64,000 nucleotides of DNA from Hyphochytrium catenoides (lineage: Eukaryota; Protista; Hyphochytriomycota), in assembly GCA_900088475.1 (NCBI GenBank), contig FLMG01002864.1, forward strand, positions 76,382-140,381, written 5' to 3'. This document shows, in pieces, positions 49,789 through 62,959 of this stretch (within the stretch, counting starts at the first letter, position 1; every line of letters starts with the position of its first letter). Under the pieces are notes generated by a model, which was given only the letters and a program-made list of their open reading frames with translations, had not been told where the DNA came from and made no database searches. The translations under genes were made by a program, and so were the position numbers.

Positions 49789-51162
49789 ATGGCGACCATC
49801 AAGAGCATTAAGGCACGCCAGATCTTTGACTCCCGTGGAAACCCCACTGTGGAAGTTGATGTCATCACGGACAATGGCCTATTCAGGTCTATGGTTCCTT
49901 CTGGTGCATCTACCGGAGTTTATGAGGCTCTTGAGCTCCGTGATGGTGGTGACTCTTACATGGGTAAAGGTGTCCTCAAGGCAGTGAACAATGTTAACTC
50001 TGTGATTGCCCCTGCACTTGTGGGAAAGGATGTCACTTCTCAGGCGGAGATTGACAAGTTCATGGTTGAAGAGCTGGACGGATCTAAGAATGAGTGGGGC
50101 TGGTCTAAGTCTAAGCTTGGCGCTAATGCCATCCTAGGCGTCTCCATGGCAGTTTGCAAGGCAGGTGCTGCTGCTAGAGGGGTACCTCTCTGGCAGCACA
50201 TTGCTGATCTTGCAGGCAACCCAACTCCTTGCATGCCAGTTCCCTCTTTCAACATCATCAACGGAGGCTCTCACGCTGGTAACAAGCTGGCTATGCAGGA
50301 GTTTATGATCCTCCCCACTGGAGCATCTAGCTTCACGGAAGCAATGAAGATTGGAAGCGAAGTCTACCACAACCTCAAGGCAGTCATTAAGAAGCGTTAT
50401 GGCCTTGATGCCACGGCTGTGGGCGACGAGGGAGGATTTGCTCCTAACATCCAGAGCAACTCTGAGGCTCTGGAGCTAATCCAAGAGGCTATTGAGAAGG
50501 CAGGACACGCCAGCAAGGTGCAGATTGGTATGGATGTTGCTGCGTCTGAGTTCCTTGAGGGTGAAGGCGACTCCAAATACTACAACTTAGACTTCAAGAA
50601 CCCTGCCTCTAAGAAAGACACCACCAACCACCGCACTAGCCAGCAGATGCTTGAGCTTTACCAGGAGTTCATCTCAAGCTGCAGTGGGCGCGCAACTCTC
50701 GTTTCTATTGAGGACCCATATGATCAGGATGACTGGGAATCCTGGATTAACATCACTGCCGCTGTCGGCCAGGATGTCCAGATTGTAGGTGACGATCTGA
50801 CTGTCACAAATCCCGTTCGCGTCAAGCAGGCTATTGAAAGAAAGGCCTGCAACGCCCTACTGCTAAAGGTGAACCAGATTGGTACTGTTACGGAAAGTAT
50901 CGAAGCTGTAACGATGTCCAAGAAGGCTGGATGGGGCATTATGGCCTCCCACAGATCCGGCGAGACCGAGGACACCTTCATTGCTGACCTCGCTGTCGGT
51001 CTTAGCACGGGACAGATTAAGACTGGTGCACCTTGCCGGTCTGAGAGACTCGCCAAGTACAACCAGCTTCTTCGCATTGAGGAGGAACTTGGTGAGAATG
51101 CCAGGTATGCGGGCAACAATCTCCGTGACGTAGCTTGGCTGGGCAAGTATTCTTCCTTCTAA
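49789..51162 (+). CDS. ENO: Enolase (cytosolic), single exon
   Basis: 457-aa uninterrupted ORF: [64 protein letters not shown]. An in-frame stop just upstream excludes an unspliced presequence. Confidence 0.98.
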   Translation: MATIKSIKARQIFDSRGNPTVEVDVITDNGLFRSMVPSGASTGVYEALELRDGGDSYMGKGVLKAVNNVNSVIAPALVGKDVTSQAEIDKFMVEELDGSKNEWGWSKSKLGANAILGVSMAVCKAGAAARGVPLWQHIADLAGNPTPCMPVPSFNIINGGSHAGNKLAMQEFMILPTGASSFTEAMKIGSEVYHNLKAVIKKRYGLDATAVGDEGGFAPNIQSNSEALELIQEAIEKAGHASKVQIGMDVAASEFLEGEGDSKYYNLDFKNPASKKDTTNHRTSQQMLELYQEFISSCSGRATLVSIEDPYDQDDWESWINITAAVGQDVQIVGDDLTVTNPVRVKQAIERKACNALLLKVNQIGTVTESIEAVTMSKKAGWGIMASHRSGETEDTFIADLAVGLSTGQIKTGAPCRSERLAKYNQLLRIEEELGENARYAGNNLRDVAWLGKYSSF

Positions 51163-52107
51163 AGGTACACTTCCACTCCCTGAAGGATCGTCCGCACACT
51201 TGCCGTCACGCACAGAGTTATTTCTCTATATTAGTATGTTAGTATGTGATCCCCAGAATTAGGGATATTAAAGACGACAACAGCCATAATGGCGTGTATT
51301 CTCGCTGTCTGCTGCAATTTAAGCTTGGCTATCTATTGCAAGGGATTCCTTACTTCAAGCTCTGAGCTAGTCTCATTGCTGACCCCATTCCTTGCATAGA
51401 GCATGGTAGCACAGCTACCTTTGCGAGGGTTCGCCCGCATGCGCGATCATGCATGATAATGCAAAATGCGGGATAAACCTTGCGAACACCTTCACTTTGT
51501 TCAGTACTCTCAGTGGCCTGCTTGTAGCGCGAGAGAGCTTTGGTGAAGCTTTACATGGACAGATCTAAAGATGAAGTGAAAAAGTGACCCAAGACAGCTT
51601 TCTCACTCTCCTTACTATTAGTCTCTACTCTGAAGAACTTATAGATAACATGAAAAACCTGACATCTTATCCTGACAGATCAGCAATCAGCAACACATCC
51701 GGAGACACCAGTAAAGGAAGGAACAATCCGTCATCCATCTTCAGCTCCCATACAAATCTATCTACATCATCTTCTTCCTGATGATGTCTGAGGTGTGTCT
51801 CTGAAGGAGGAGGAGGACAAGACAGTACGATGGCCTCATCACCAACGTTTATTTTCGGGATTATTATGTGATGAGGGGTACATTCTTGATCGGGACTCTC
51901 AAAAGATACTTACAGGAAAAACAGACTGTTCATATTCATTATCAGGGGATGTCCTAAGGGGGAGCTGGTCCTCTCTTTGGACCTGGAGTACAACTGGCCC
52001 TTCTGCCCCTAAAGAGAAAGAGGACAGGAGACAGAAAGACAGAGGTCTGAGACATAGAGGGGCTTGGGCCGGAGAGATAGCGACCACGAAGAGAGTGATG
52101 AGCCCCG

Positions 52108-52190
52108 TGAGAGAGAGAAAGAGAGAGAGAGACAAAGAGAGTTGGGAAGAGAGTGAGGGAGAAAGAAAGGGGGAGAGAGAGCGTGGGAGC

Positions 52191-52221
<31 letters not shown>

Positions 52222-52245
52222 GCAAGAGAGAGAGAGAGAGAGAGT
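52108..52245. repeat. (GA)n-rich microsatellite / polypurine tract
   Basis: Long GAGAGA runs. They explain the spurious ERERER and SLSLSL ORFs. Confidence 0.92.
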
Positions 52246-52675
52246 TTTGCGTAACCCAAGGAGAGTGCATAAGGCAAGAACAGGAGGGAGGACAAGAGCT
52301 ACAAGTAGCTTTATTGTTATTGGTAAGGTAGTTCTCTCTGTGGGAAGCCCATCATTAGCGCCGTCGTCTTACGTTTGAGAGCTGTAAGACAGACAGAGAG
52401 AGACTCCATACTGTCCTGAACAGGGAGACAGATGGAGAACTAGGAGCTCCTCATCAGGGCACAACCACTATTTGCCCCTACCGGACGGGCTCTCCTGCTT
52501 CCTGCGTCGGCTTCGCATGTGTATTCGCTGACTCTCTCTGGAGCTAGACTCATCCGGTCAACAGGCTTCTCAAGGAGAATGGCCTAGACTGCCACAGTGC
52601 CTAGCCGCTGATTGCTGAAGGACTCGGTCGGAGGACGCAGAGGCGGCGGGTGTTCTGCCTGAGCGGAACGGTAGA

Positions 52676-55600
52676 ATGCAGCGTTTCCACAATGTCCTGG
52701 CGTCGATATCCTCTTCAGGATCTCTTCTTCCTATGGATGAAGTCAGCATAGAGATTCAAGGTCTTGACCCGCAATGAGTCCTCAACCATTCTTTTCCTTC
52801 CTCTTCCTGTCCGCGTTTCTTCTTTCGACTTCTCTTCCAGGCTGTGGTGCTCTGCTTCTCCTATTCTCACCCTCCTTGTGACTTTCAACCTCTCACTCCT
52901 CTTGTCTGGGCTATTCCAGGTCCTTTGTATAAACGCCACTGGCTTCTTTCGAATAAGTGGGAGGAGCGCTGGTTTGTTCTGCATGACAATGTCCTCTCCT
53001 ACGGCCGCATGGATGGAGGCGGCTTCCGGCAAAAGTTTCCGCTCCAGCAGATTACGGTCAAGATGGCACCACAAGCAGCACCGAAGGGGCAGTGCTTCGA
53101 GGTGATGAGGGTTCCTAGGGTTAAGAAGAGGGAGAGGCGAGGCTAGAAAGGCGAAGGGTTGAGACGAAAAGGTTATAAGAACGAGCACCGGGGATTGCTG
53201 CCGCTAACATGGTTGCATGTAGATCCAATTGTTCAACGGCCATACGATGATCTTGAAGGCAGAGACTCCTGAGCTTTGTCGACAATGGGTGGAATCGATC
53301 CATCGGTGTCAATTGCAGCCTACCATCTCCTCTCCGCGGTCCTTACCTGCCCCAATGTCGAAGGACCTCAATGCTGCCCGGCGAATCCTCGTATGTCTTA
53401 CAGACCTCATCTTCCTCAAAGTGTTCTTCAATATATCTAATATCCAATCCCTTCTCTCCTTGTCAAGGTTAAAATCAACAACATCAAGGCGAGAAACCTA
53501 CCTGCTCCTCTGGTTGCGCGGCGAATCTCAGCCTTTGCGCGGGTCAGCATTGGACCGAAGATCTTTGAAACAGCCGTCTGTCCTCACACAAAGGACCCCG
53601 ATGTGAGTTAGCATCCTTTCGGACAGTGGTCCTGGTGGTGGTGTACGTCTATCCTCCGCCGTGTCTTTTCCCTCTTTCATGTCGAACCCTAATTCAAAGG
53701 GAATAATGATTTCCCCTCCAAAGAAAAGATCGCCATCTGTCGCTAGTGCTAGCGTTGTGGTCGCTGGCCTTAAACGACGTTACCCTTTTGAGCCTGAAGT
53801 CTATGGGGTTGTCCTTTACTGATACTTTCTTGCTAGTGGCCTAACACGGAGTTCGCGTGCGAGCTACGCATGCCTCTTTCTGAGATGAAGAAGACGAAGG
53901 TGACAGTTGAGCTATTTCATAAAAGAGGAATACCGACCGCCTTTCCCATCGGGGGAACAGAGTTCGATCTTGAATCTGCGGCTAACTCACCCGTCAAGAA
54001 TGGTCAGTCAAGATGATCAGGGAGCTGGGCCTCAGAAATCTCTCCGGCAACTTGCGTTTTACTTGTGCAATGGCTGACTTTACTATTCTTTCGCTCTACT
54101 GGTCGCTCCCTGCAGACAGGCAGCTCATTCACAAGAGTGTGACAGGGGCCGGCCTTAGTGATGCTGGCAGGTATGGAAAATTTTGACACCCTATGATTCC
54201 TTCCATATCTCTATTCCATCTAGGTGTTCCCGCTTCTCCCCTGTCTTTCTGCGTTCCTAGTAAGTCTGTTGTTAGCCCTCCTCCTCTCTTCCTCAATAAC
54301 TAACACCCCGATGTATAGGGTTACTTTCAATATTTATGTCCAGGAAAAGAGACGATGGGAAATTGCTATTGAAAACCTCTTCGTGTCACCTGGTGCCTCG
54401 TCCTCAGCGGACTCACTTGCCTCGAATGGTGAAAGAAAGGAGAATGGGGAGATTGAGCAAGGTGGAGAGAAGGATGGAAAACTAGATAGAGGAGGAGATT
54501 CAGAAACACAATCAATGCAGTCCGCTATCGCCTCCAGACTAGCTGAGGAAGGACCAGAGCTAGTCAGTGTGGACGTTTCTGAAAGAGTTTTTTTCCTGCG
54601 GTAAGATGCAATCTTTGTACTTTCTTTCGCTTTTCTCCTTTTCCCCATTCATGGCATTGTTCTTCTCGCTTTGCTCCTAGTTTCTCAAATCAGGGCATTG
54701 CTGTTCCGTGCTAGTGGAAGGACGCCTTTTGCTCTGTCTTTTACTTAAATTTTGGTGTCTCTTCTAGGTATGCTATTATCAGCGAGAGTCAGAAAAAGGA
54801 GGTTCTTAAGAGCACTCAAGAGCACCGAGTGGTGGGTCATGGACCCTCGCCAGGCCCTGAAGGGCTCTTCTGGGAGACCGAGACCTTACCCACGGTGAAG
54901 ACTTTCGGAACCTTAGAAAACTTCCTTAACTGCACCCTGCAGATTCAGGTCATCTCCATCAGTGAGCAGGTAAGCTATAGTCATGAAAGGTGTCTCTATT
55001 TATCGTGAATTCCAGGTTTAGCCTTGGCTGCTTTTGTCCTAGTCTCCAACTCTTACTAAAAGTCTCATCCCTCTGCTAATCTTTACAACCTTTACGGCAC
55101 CCGATGTGAATATGAAGGACGACCCTACTGTGAGGACCAGCTGGAGCGGTCGACAAACGGAGCTCTATATCAAGAGCTTTACCAGCCAGCAGACGAACGC
55201 TGGAGCTGGTCAGTAAAGGAAATTGTTCACGATGCGTTAACAGAAGCGTTTTTTGTACTGCATTCAAGCAACGCTTGTCTCCTTAGTATTGCTATGCCTA
55301 TGCCATTAGAAGGCTCCTTAGAGTTGCTTTGTATTATGCTATTAGAAGGGACAAGGTCCGACTCTGTGGGTTCATTTCTAGTCTTGAACATCAGTGACAC
55401 ATTGACTGTGTTTTACTTACTGCCGTTTACCTCGTTTATCTATGCAATGGCACTAATCTCACAATTCTCCCTTGGCCTCCTGCTGTCGACCACCACGCTA
55501 TTGTCTTAAAAAGATGAGACCGATCAGGAGGAGGGTTTGGAGCTGTTTGGAGAGTGCTATATCACTATCGACAGACTCCTGGACCAAAGTGAGGACCTGG

Positions 55601-58600
55601 AAGGCTCCTCTGTCTCCCGCGTCAACGTTAACTTATGGAACAGAGGGATGTTGGTCGGCTCTCTGTCGTCAACCTTTGTAATAGCGGACAGTGTGGCCTT
55701 TAAGCAGCCCACCAATGGAGTGGCCACTGAGAGAGGTGCGGAGCATAATTAAGAGAATTGAGATCTAAGTTAAAAGAAGGAGAAAGGAACGGCTACGGAA
55801 TCGCAAAAAGTGAAAGGGCAAACCAGAGCTTCGCGGTTTCGCGACTCTGATCTTAGCGCTGACTTCTTCTTCCACCTTGCAGGAGTCCGCAGCTCTGCGC
55901 CCGTAGTGGAGAAATCGTATAGAAAGGTCTTTGGCAATATCAAAAAGGTGAGGGGTCAGGAAAGAGCAAGAAGACCAAAAGAGACAGGCAAAGGCAAAGA
56001 ATGATGGGAAATGAGTCTAGAAGTTGTAGGATTTCAAGGTAATGTCGTAACAGTTTCACCTTGTCCTTAACGCTTTGAAGATGCCTAAAGGATTGGAAGC
56101 CCTGATGCATGCGGTGGAAGAGCTACAACTTGCAATGCTGATGAAAGCAAACGTGGCCCTTCCTCTTTCGAAGATCTCTGTGTCTCTCCAGACTACGCAG
56201 GTTGGCTCCTCCTCTGTTATTCCTGATGACCACCCTTCATTCTATTTCTTAGGTGCCATGCAATGCTAACCACCAGTTGTCCCCTCCGTCTGTTTCTCTC
56301 GACATCGACCATTTGTCTGGCCCCATAACCATCCACCCACTCCTATTTCACTGACTCCTGCTTCCCACTGTCAACATATAGGCTCCGCCGACGCTGATCT
56401 GGAGTTACACTGATGATGAGACTCTGGAAGCGGCAAAGGCAATTCTTTTGCAACTTTGGGAGTATGTGCTCGATACAATCGACGAAATGAGCCATCCCCT
56501 TAAGGCCCAAGCAGCAGACCTTATCACCCTTATCATGCAGAGAGGGTAAGAATAGATGAAGAGGGGAAAGAAGCGATGCCGGACTCGAAAGGAGGAAGAG
56601 ACTTTGGTTGGGTACGGTGTTAAAAATGATGGGAGTTGAAACCATCTCTTATCTCTTTTCAGGGAGCTGAGTAACCTGAGCCTGCTTGGCTTTGACCCAC
56701 ATGAAGCCGCGGACGATCCTTCCGACACTTCGCTTGATTTCGCCCTGAGGTAACAGAAGCCCTTGAAGCTTTGCTTCTTCCGGTTATAGTCTGGTTGCTG
56801 CAATTCAAGTAGCTGATCTTTACGCAGACGCATACCGTTTCCATCGCTTGATGCGGTGTCACATTTCTATGTTGCTTCTGGTGTCCAAAGCCGTTTTTTA
56901 GCCTATGACTTAACTCTCAGAACTCATACTCAATAGGCCTGTCCGCTGAACTAATTGCTGTCAAAAGCTGACCGCACCTTCTGCATGTTGCCGTCCCCCT
57001 ATTGGCTACTTTACATCTTAAAGCGCCCATCTCCTGGTAGTGGACTCGCTGCTCTAACATCCATTTCGTTGGTTGCTCGCTGCTTCTCCCTTTCACCTGC
57101 GGTACGTTAGGTTACGACGGACGATGCTCCGCACGCTGCGGCACGTATTGAAGGCCTTATCCATCCCAGGCACCGCGGGGGAAATGAGGATTTATCTGAC
57201 CCGGTCCTTAGTCATTCTAAGCCACAGGATTCCCGAGTTTGGAATGTATTTCATTGAGCAAACTTTCGGAGAGGGCAGAATGACGGGCTGGCAGGGTAAG
57301 AGAGGGAATGAATCCAGTAGAACTGCTTGTTATGCCGGTTACATCTGCTTTCCTGGCTCTCTTCCCTGGAGATAAGCTGGGCGGTGTCCTCCATGTCCGA
57401 CTGTTCTTCTAGCAGCCTCTCTAGTCAAACCAGACTACTGATAAGCGTCTCTATGATCTATTCTCTTTTCTTTTATGGGTCCTTAGGTCGTGATTATCTG
57501 AAAAATCCGCGAGACTGGGAGCCAGCAGTACCGAGCTCCAGACTGTCCAGTGCCCGGCAGCGTGCTTTCACCGTGCTGGTACGAATTAGACGTGGGGATA
57601 GGGTTGAAATAGCAGGGATGGTAGTAAGCATGATTGACATCGTCATGTTGCACGACAAGCACGCTAGGTCGAGGCAGAAAGGAAAAGTACCAGGACATAA
57701 ACCCCTACAGATCTCACGAAGGAGGGCCGAGGAAAGCACACCAGGCTAATTTCCATCTCAAACAGGGCGCCTTTCAGGAACTTCAGCTGCTCGACTGCCC
57801 GCCCCCGCAGGCGAAGCGAAGCCCGACGGTAGCCTCTTTAGACTGGCTGCCAGTGAGAATAGCGCTGCAGGCCAAGTATGGAATGCAAGCCATCAAAGTG
57901 AGTAATAGGATAAGTTACACATCTCCACCTACCTTCATATTTCTTCACTCATAGTGTTTGCAATGGCGAGCTCAAAATTTACTGATGGCTCTTGTACACT
58001 GCTTTTTATTTAGGAGCAAGACATCCTGGTCAAAGATGGAATGTGTTGCCAGGAACAACTCGAGAGTCAGCACCTTACTTGGATCGTAGCTACAGGTAGG
58101 CATCGACTGGTCCCGCCTGTTGAAGACCAGGCTCTGTGTGTTGTGGTCGCCTTGTCTCGCATGGTGAAGGCCAGGCACTGCTTATCCTGAATCGTCGAGA
58201 GATTATGGTGCTTTCGCCTTTAGGAATCAGAGGCACTTGAAGCCTTTTTGAATGACTCTATGTTCTAAACAGCTCATTTTAACGTCGTGCATGACCCTTT
58301 GGCAGAGTGGGTACGATACTGCTTGCAGACAGTTGTGGCGGAGATGGAGACACACAACATCGTATGGGCTCACGTTCCGGGATACACCCACCTATTGCGA
58401 GCTTTCCTTGCAGAGCTGCGAAGCACTCGGCGGGGCAAGTACAGCACAGGACTTAAGTACTTCTCTTTCCACCTTCTGGCGAACAAAAAGTTGATAGGCC
58501 CGATGACCAAGGTACAATCCTGGCGTATTGTTAAGTCTGATAGTGCCTTGAATGAAGGCTAACGACTGCTTCTGGGTGCAGATGCTGCTGTCCAATATTA

Positions 58601-60613
58601 GCGTTCATGACGTCGCAGCGGTTGCCAGCGCAATAGGTAACAACATCTATTTGCTGTTTCTTACCTTTGGTCTTACTTCTTGGCTCTATCTCTCTCCCTA
58701 ATCTTTTTCTTTCTTCAACTCTGTTTCTGCTCCGTGCACATTATTGAAGCTCTGGTGGCATCTTGTTACCCTTTACAGAATATGTACTCCCCATCTCCAG
58801 GCAGTTGCCATATCCTGTCCCGCCCCATTACCCTCCGGGACTGCTTCATCATACGTTGCTTTTCCACATATGGTCCGGCATCTAATGACTCTTTTCTTTA
58901 CCTTAGATCTTGTCGGTGGTTGGATGGCGGCCATCGCACGATGGGGCCCGCGGCTTCAATTATTTGCCCACGGCACTAGTGAGCAGGTCACAGCGGACCA
59001 GTCTCCCTGGGACGTCGTCTTCGGGGAGATGAAGATGAAAGGGGGGGAAGGGCATATGGACTTCAAACTTCTTCCAACCACCTTCGACTTCAAGCATTTC
59101 CTCAGAGCACTGGATGTCCTTCTTTCATCAAGCTGTGAGCAGGTGGGCGCCAGCCTCAGACATCACCGTTACCGCTCTCCTCCAATCTGCCATTGCTCAC
59201 CACTTTATTGGGGCACTCTGAGTGTAACTAAGGCCCTCTACATACATACCGCAACGTCCATCTTGAGCGACGGCTTACTCTTCTCTTCTTTGGCTCCAAT
59301 ATCTTATTGTACTTTGTATAAGGTTATTCTCAAGACGTTGGAGCTCCTCTACCAACACTGGGATGCGTTCAACGAGACCCATGGCGATGCTATACGACTC
59401 CGTCTCCTAGCTCTCTTCCCCGATTACTTTCTCTCCTGGGGTGTGCAGATTCGTTTCTTCTACCAGCATGTCCTTGCGTACCGAGTGCTTAAAAGCCGCG
59501 GCTGGGCAGCCAACGCAGGAGGAGCGGACACCATCGTCTTCCATTTAGGAGGTATAGTAAGATAGCTAGGGGCATGTTTTACGGTTATTTTAGCGCACCT
59601 CTGGCGATGTAGAGTGAGAGCTACAAGTGTAGAGTGAGAGCTACAAGTTTTGTTTTGAGTGCGGGCGGAATAGGCGGAGTGATCTCGGTGCTTTACCTCG
59701 GGCCGAATACCTCGTATGTAACCTTGCCGCTCTTGATTCTCTGCTTTTCACCCTGTCATCCTCGAGCAGGCGATGCTCATAAGAGTTCCCAGCAACGCGT
59801 TGACCACTTCCGCATGAGAACTTCATCTTGTGAGAGAAAAAAGCCTGCAACTCAACCAGACGCCGCGCTAGTGGCCAAATTCAATGCCGCCATACAGCTG
59901 GTGGTGCTTATCAAGGACCACTACGCAAAGGTAAGGCCACCTGAGCTTATGGCTCTCTGTGGGAAGGAGAAGATGGTGAAGAAGCGTCAAAAATGGGCGA
60001 GAGAAGATATACGTCATGAAGAGCACAGCCTTGGTAGAGTGATGCTTAGAGGATAGAGAGTGAGTGATCATCACCAGTCCCACCTGCGGACGCTAGGAAG
60101 TACCCGGGTGGAGAGGCAGGAGATCCCCAAAACGCTTTCTCCTTTCATTGGCTGGAGGTCACCTCATTTTCCTCACCCTCTTTCTCTGTTTCGCTCTTTC
60201 TTCTCTTGCCCTCTTCCTGTCTGTCTTTGTCCACTCCTCCTTTATCCCTTTTTTTAACGTGTCTCTGTTTTCCCTGCTAAAGGGTTGTCGCGATGAACTT
60301 CCCTCATGCCAAGAGTCCAATTTACTAAAGAAGCACTGGGTGATCCCAACGTCCAAGTACATTTACTGTGCACCAGCTCTCTTCACGTAAGTTGCAAAAT
60401 TTGCCTTCCTTCTGGCTGTACCAGTCTCCGTTGTTATCTACCCGGCATTTTTCCTGCTCAGTTAACGGTGCATCCCTTCCTACTTTTAAGCGACTGCTTG
60501 TTCAAGCCTTCTGTGGCCCACCTTCTCATTTAAGCTTTATCGAGTTTCCAGTCCATGGTGTGGAATCTTATGATTTCTTCTTAGTACCAGTAAAGCGCCT
60601 TCGATGCCTCTGA
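52676..60613 (+). CDS. Large multi-exon protein: N-terminal PH domain, C2-like middle, C-terminal DUF1765-like domain (ends approximate)
   Basis: PH: IQGPLYKRHWLLSNKWEERWFVLHDNVLSY..FE|IQLFNGHTMILKAETPELCRQWVESI. C2-like: LFGECYITIDRLL..LWNRGMLVGSL. DUF1765-like: FDFKHFLRALDVLL..VILKTLELLYQHWDAF..FPDYFLSWGVQIRFFYQHVLAYRV. Confidence 0.65.
59608..59647. repeat. 20-bp tandem duplication (TGTAGAGTGAGAGCTACAAG x2) in an intron
   Basis: Direct repeat read from the sequence. Confidence 0.9.
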
Positions 60614-61081
60614 CACCATTGTCCTTTTGACTGTTCCTGAAGGTGGAATCAAATTCAGCGAAATGCCTCTCTGGCTGCCAGTAGGGCTGAGCTTTACGAT
60701 GAGCCAGTGGAGCTGCCACAGTTGCACTACGAGCCTCTAGTGCTTGACTACGGAGAGGTCATAGAGTCATGACGTACTAAACCTAGCCACATGCACTTTT
60801 TCTCTCTACCCTAGATAGAGGACACAAGAAGTAAGGTAGACGTAGAGGAAAAGAACTTTGTGGACACTTCTCCCTCGCTTAGAGTCTCTCTACTCGCACG
60901 CACACCCTATATTTATGAGCTCGCTTTGATATGCATCATCAATGCAAACATATCTAAATTATGTGTTAGCGGCATCTGCTCACCACCTGGGCTTCCTGTC
61001 AAAGGTTCATCGTAATAAAAGGGGGCTAATGATGAGGAAGGTCTCGCCTAGCTTGCCGCCTGTCTCCCTTTCTTCGTTTGT

Positions 61082-62227
61082 TTACTTCTTGGCAAAGTCA
61101 ACACCCTTCTGAATTTGCTTCTTGAGGTCAGGAATCATGCTATCGAAGTTCTCCTGCTCGAATGCTGAGAGTTTGCCGAAATCTCTGTGCTCAACGACGC
61201 CACCTGGGCCGAGGAGGGTTGGGGTAGAGAAGAAACGGGCATCGGTGATGTTATTCTCGGTGAAGGTGCACTCTACAATGCCCTTCTCGCCATTGAGCGC
61301 CTTAAGGAGTTGAGAAGTGAAATGCCAGCCAGCATAAGCCATTGAGAGCGTAGCTGATCCAGCGCCATCCTTAGCCTTCACCACTTCGTCACCTCCGAAC
61401 TGAATGCGGTGGGAGAGTGCCTTGATAGTGGCATCATCCCACTTGGCGCCCTTCACCTGAGAAAGAAGAGGCAGGATGGTGGTTCCTGCGTGGCCGCCAA
61501 TGACGGTTACGTTCACCTTGGAGATGTCCATCTTCTGGTTGTCAGCTACAAAGGTGTTGGCTCTTACGACGTCAAGAGTGGTGACACCGAAGAGCTTCTT
61601 TGGGTTGTATACGCCGTGCTTCTTGAGGGTCTCAGCCACAATGGGGACAGTAGAGTTCACAGGGTTAGAAATGATGAGAACGTGTGCCTCAGGAGAGTGC
61701 TGAGCGATAGCTGCAGCAAGATCGCGCACGATGGTAGCGTTGGTGTTGAAAAGGTCGTCACGCGTCATGCCAGGCTTACGTGGCACTCCAGCAGGGATTA
61801 CAACGACATCTGTACCCTTCAGAGCGTCTCCCAGCTGGTCAGCACCTAAAGGAGCAGTCAATTCTCCAAATAACTACAGCAGTATGACATACACCATAAG
61901 TTCTCACCCTTGAAACCCTGAACCTTGCCGGGGTTGCAGTGGCCCAGGTCAGCAGCCACACCTGGAGTGCCCTGGATATCGTAGAGACTGAGCTCGGTGA
62001 CCTTTGGGTCGAGTTTCATCAAAAGAGACATAGGCTGTCCAATGCCTCCAGCAGCACCAAGAACAGCAACCTTGTGATTCAAGGCAGAGCTGGAGGAGAA
62101 GCTGCGCATCCCCCTGTATGGACGTGAGTTAGCGCAACGAAGATAGAGGGGGTGCTACACAATAGTATCAAAGAATCTTTTATCACCTGAGGGCCATAGC
62201 ACCAGCGGTTGAAGCTTTGGCGAACAT
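61082..62227 (-). CDS. MDH2: Malate dehydrogenase, mitochondrial, 3 exons
   Basis: Presequence [24 protein letters not shown]; [72 protein letters not shown]. Confidence 0.97.
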
Positions 62228-62959
62228 CTTCGTCTAATATCTGTTCAGGAGGAACTCCTTGGGATGTTTGACCATGCAAGAAATGTGAAGCTCTGTCGCT
62301 CGGAGATTATTGGGAACTGCGGAGATCCATCGGTGTGATGACGCTGACAAGTGCCGAAAGCAGTTCAATGAAAATCCAACCAGCCATCGCGTCCTGACCG
62401 ACAGGATCTTGAATATATCAGCACATTTGAAGAATAGGTAATACCTTATTTCGAATATATCTAGGGAGAAAGATCCGAGAGTGTATGATTATCACAATAA
62501 CGAGTAGCTAGTTACTAATGAATACTCGTTTGTAGGTACCGATAATCACTAAATTGGTCTCCATACAAAAACAGTAAGATTTAAACCACAGCGCACACAT
62601 GCGAAGCGTCAACAATTCTAGAGCTTCACTCAAGGCTCATAAGTGCCAATACTCGTTGAGATTATCTACCATATCGAACTAACTTTTCAGTACGATCCGT
62701 CGATATCGGAGTCCCATGGGGGGCAGCTTTCCGCATCTGGGGTTCAGACACCACCCCCTGGTTGTGTGGAAAACAACAGCGTACGTGTGCTGTTGAGAAA
62801 TTCATTCGACTGTCATTTCATCTATAACCACTAAAAACGTATAAAAACAAAAAGTTTTTTCGGAGTATTTGTGAGCTCTTTTTCTGTTAATGTGGCCTTT
62901 ATTACTCTTTTAGATTTATGTTAATTGGCCTTTTGTTATTTCTTTATTATGTTGGACGT

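Noticed and set aside
50040-51213. Antisense ORFs over enolase, and similar ones over SZT2 and MDH
   Set aside because: Expected shadow ORFs from codon bias, with no independent motifs.
51795-52331. ORFs with ERERER / SLSLSL
   Set aside because: Translation artefacts of a (GA)n microsatellite.
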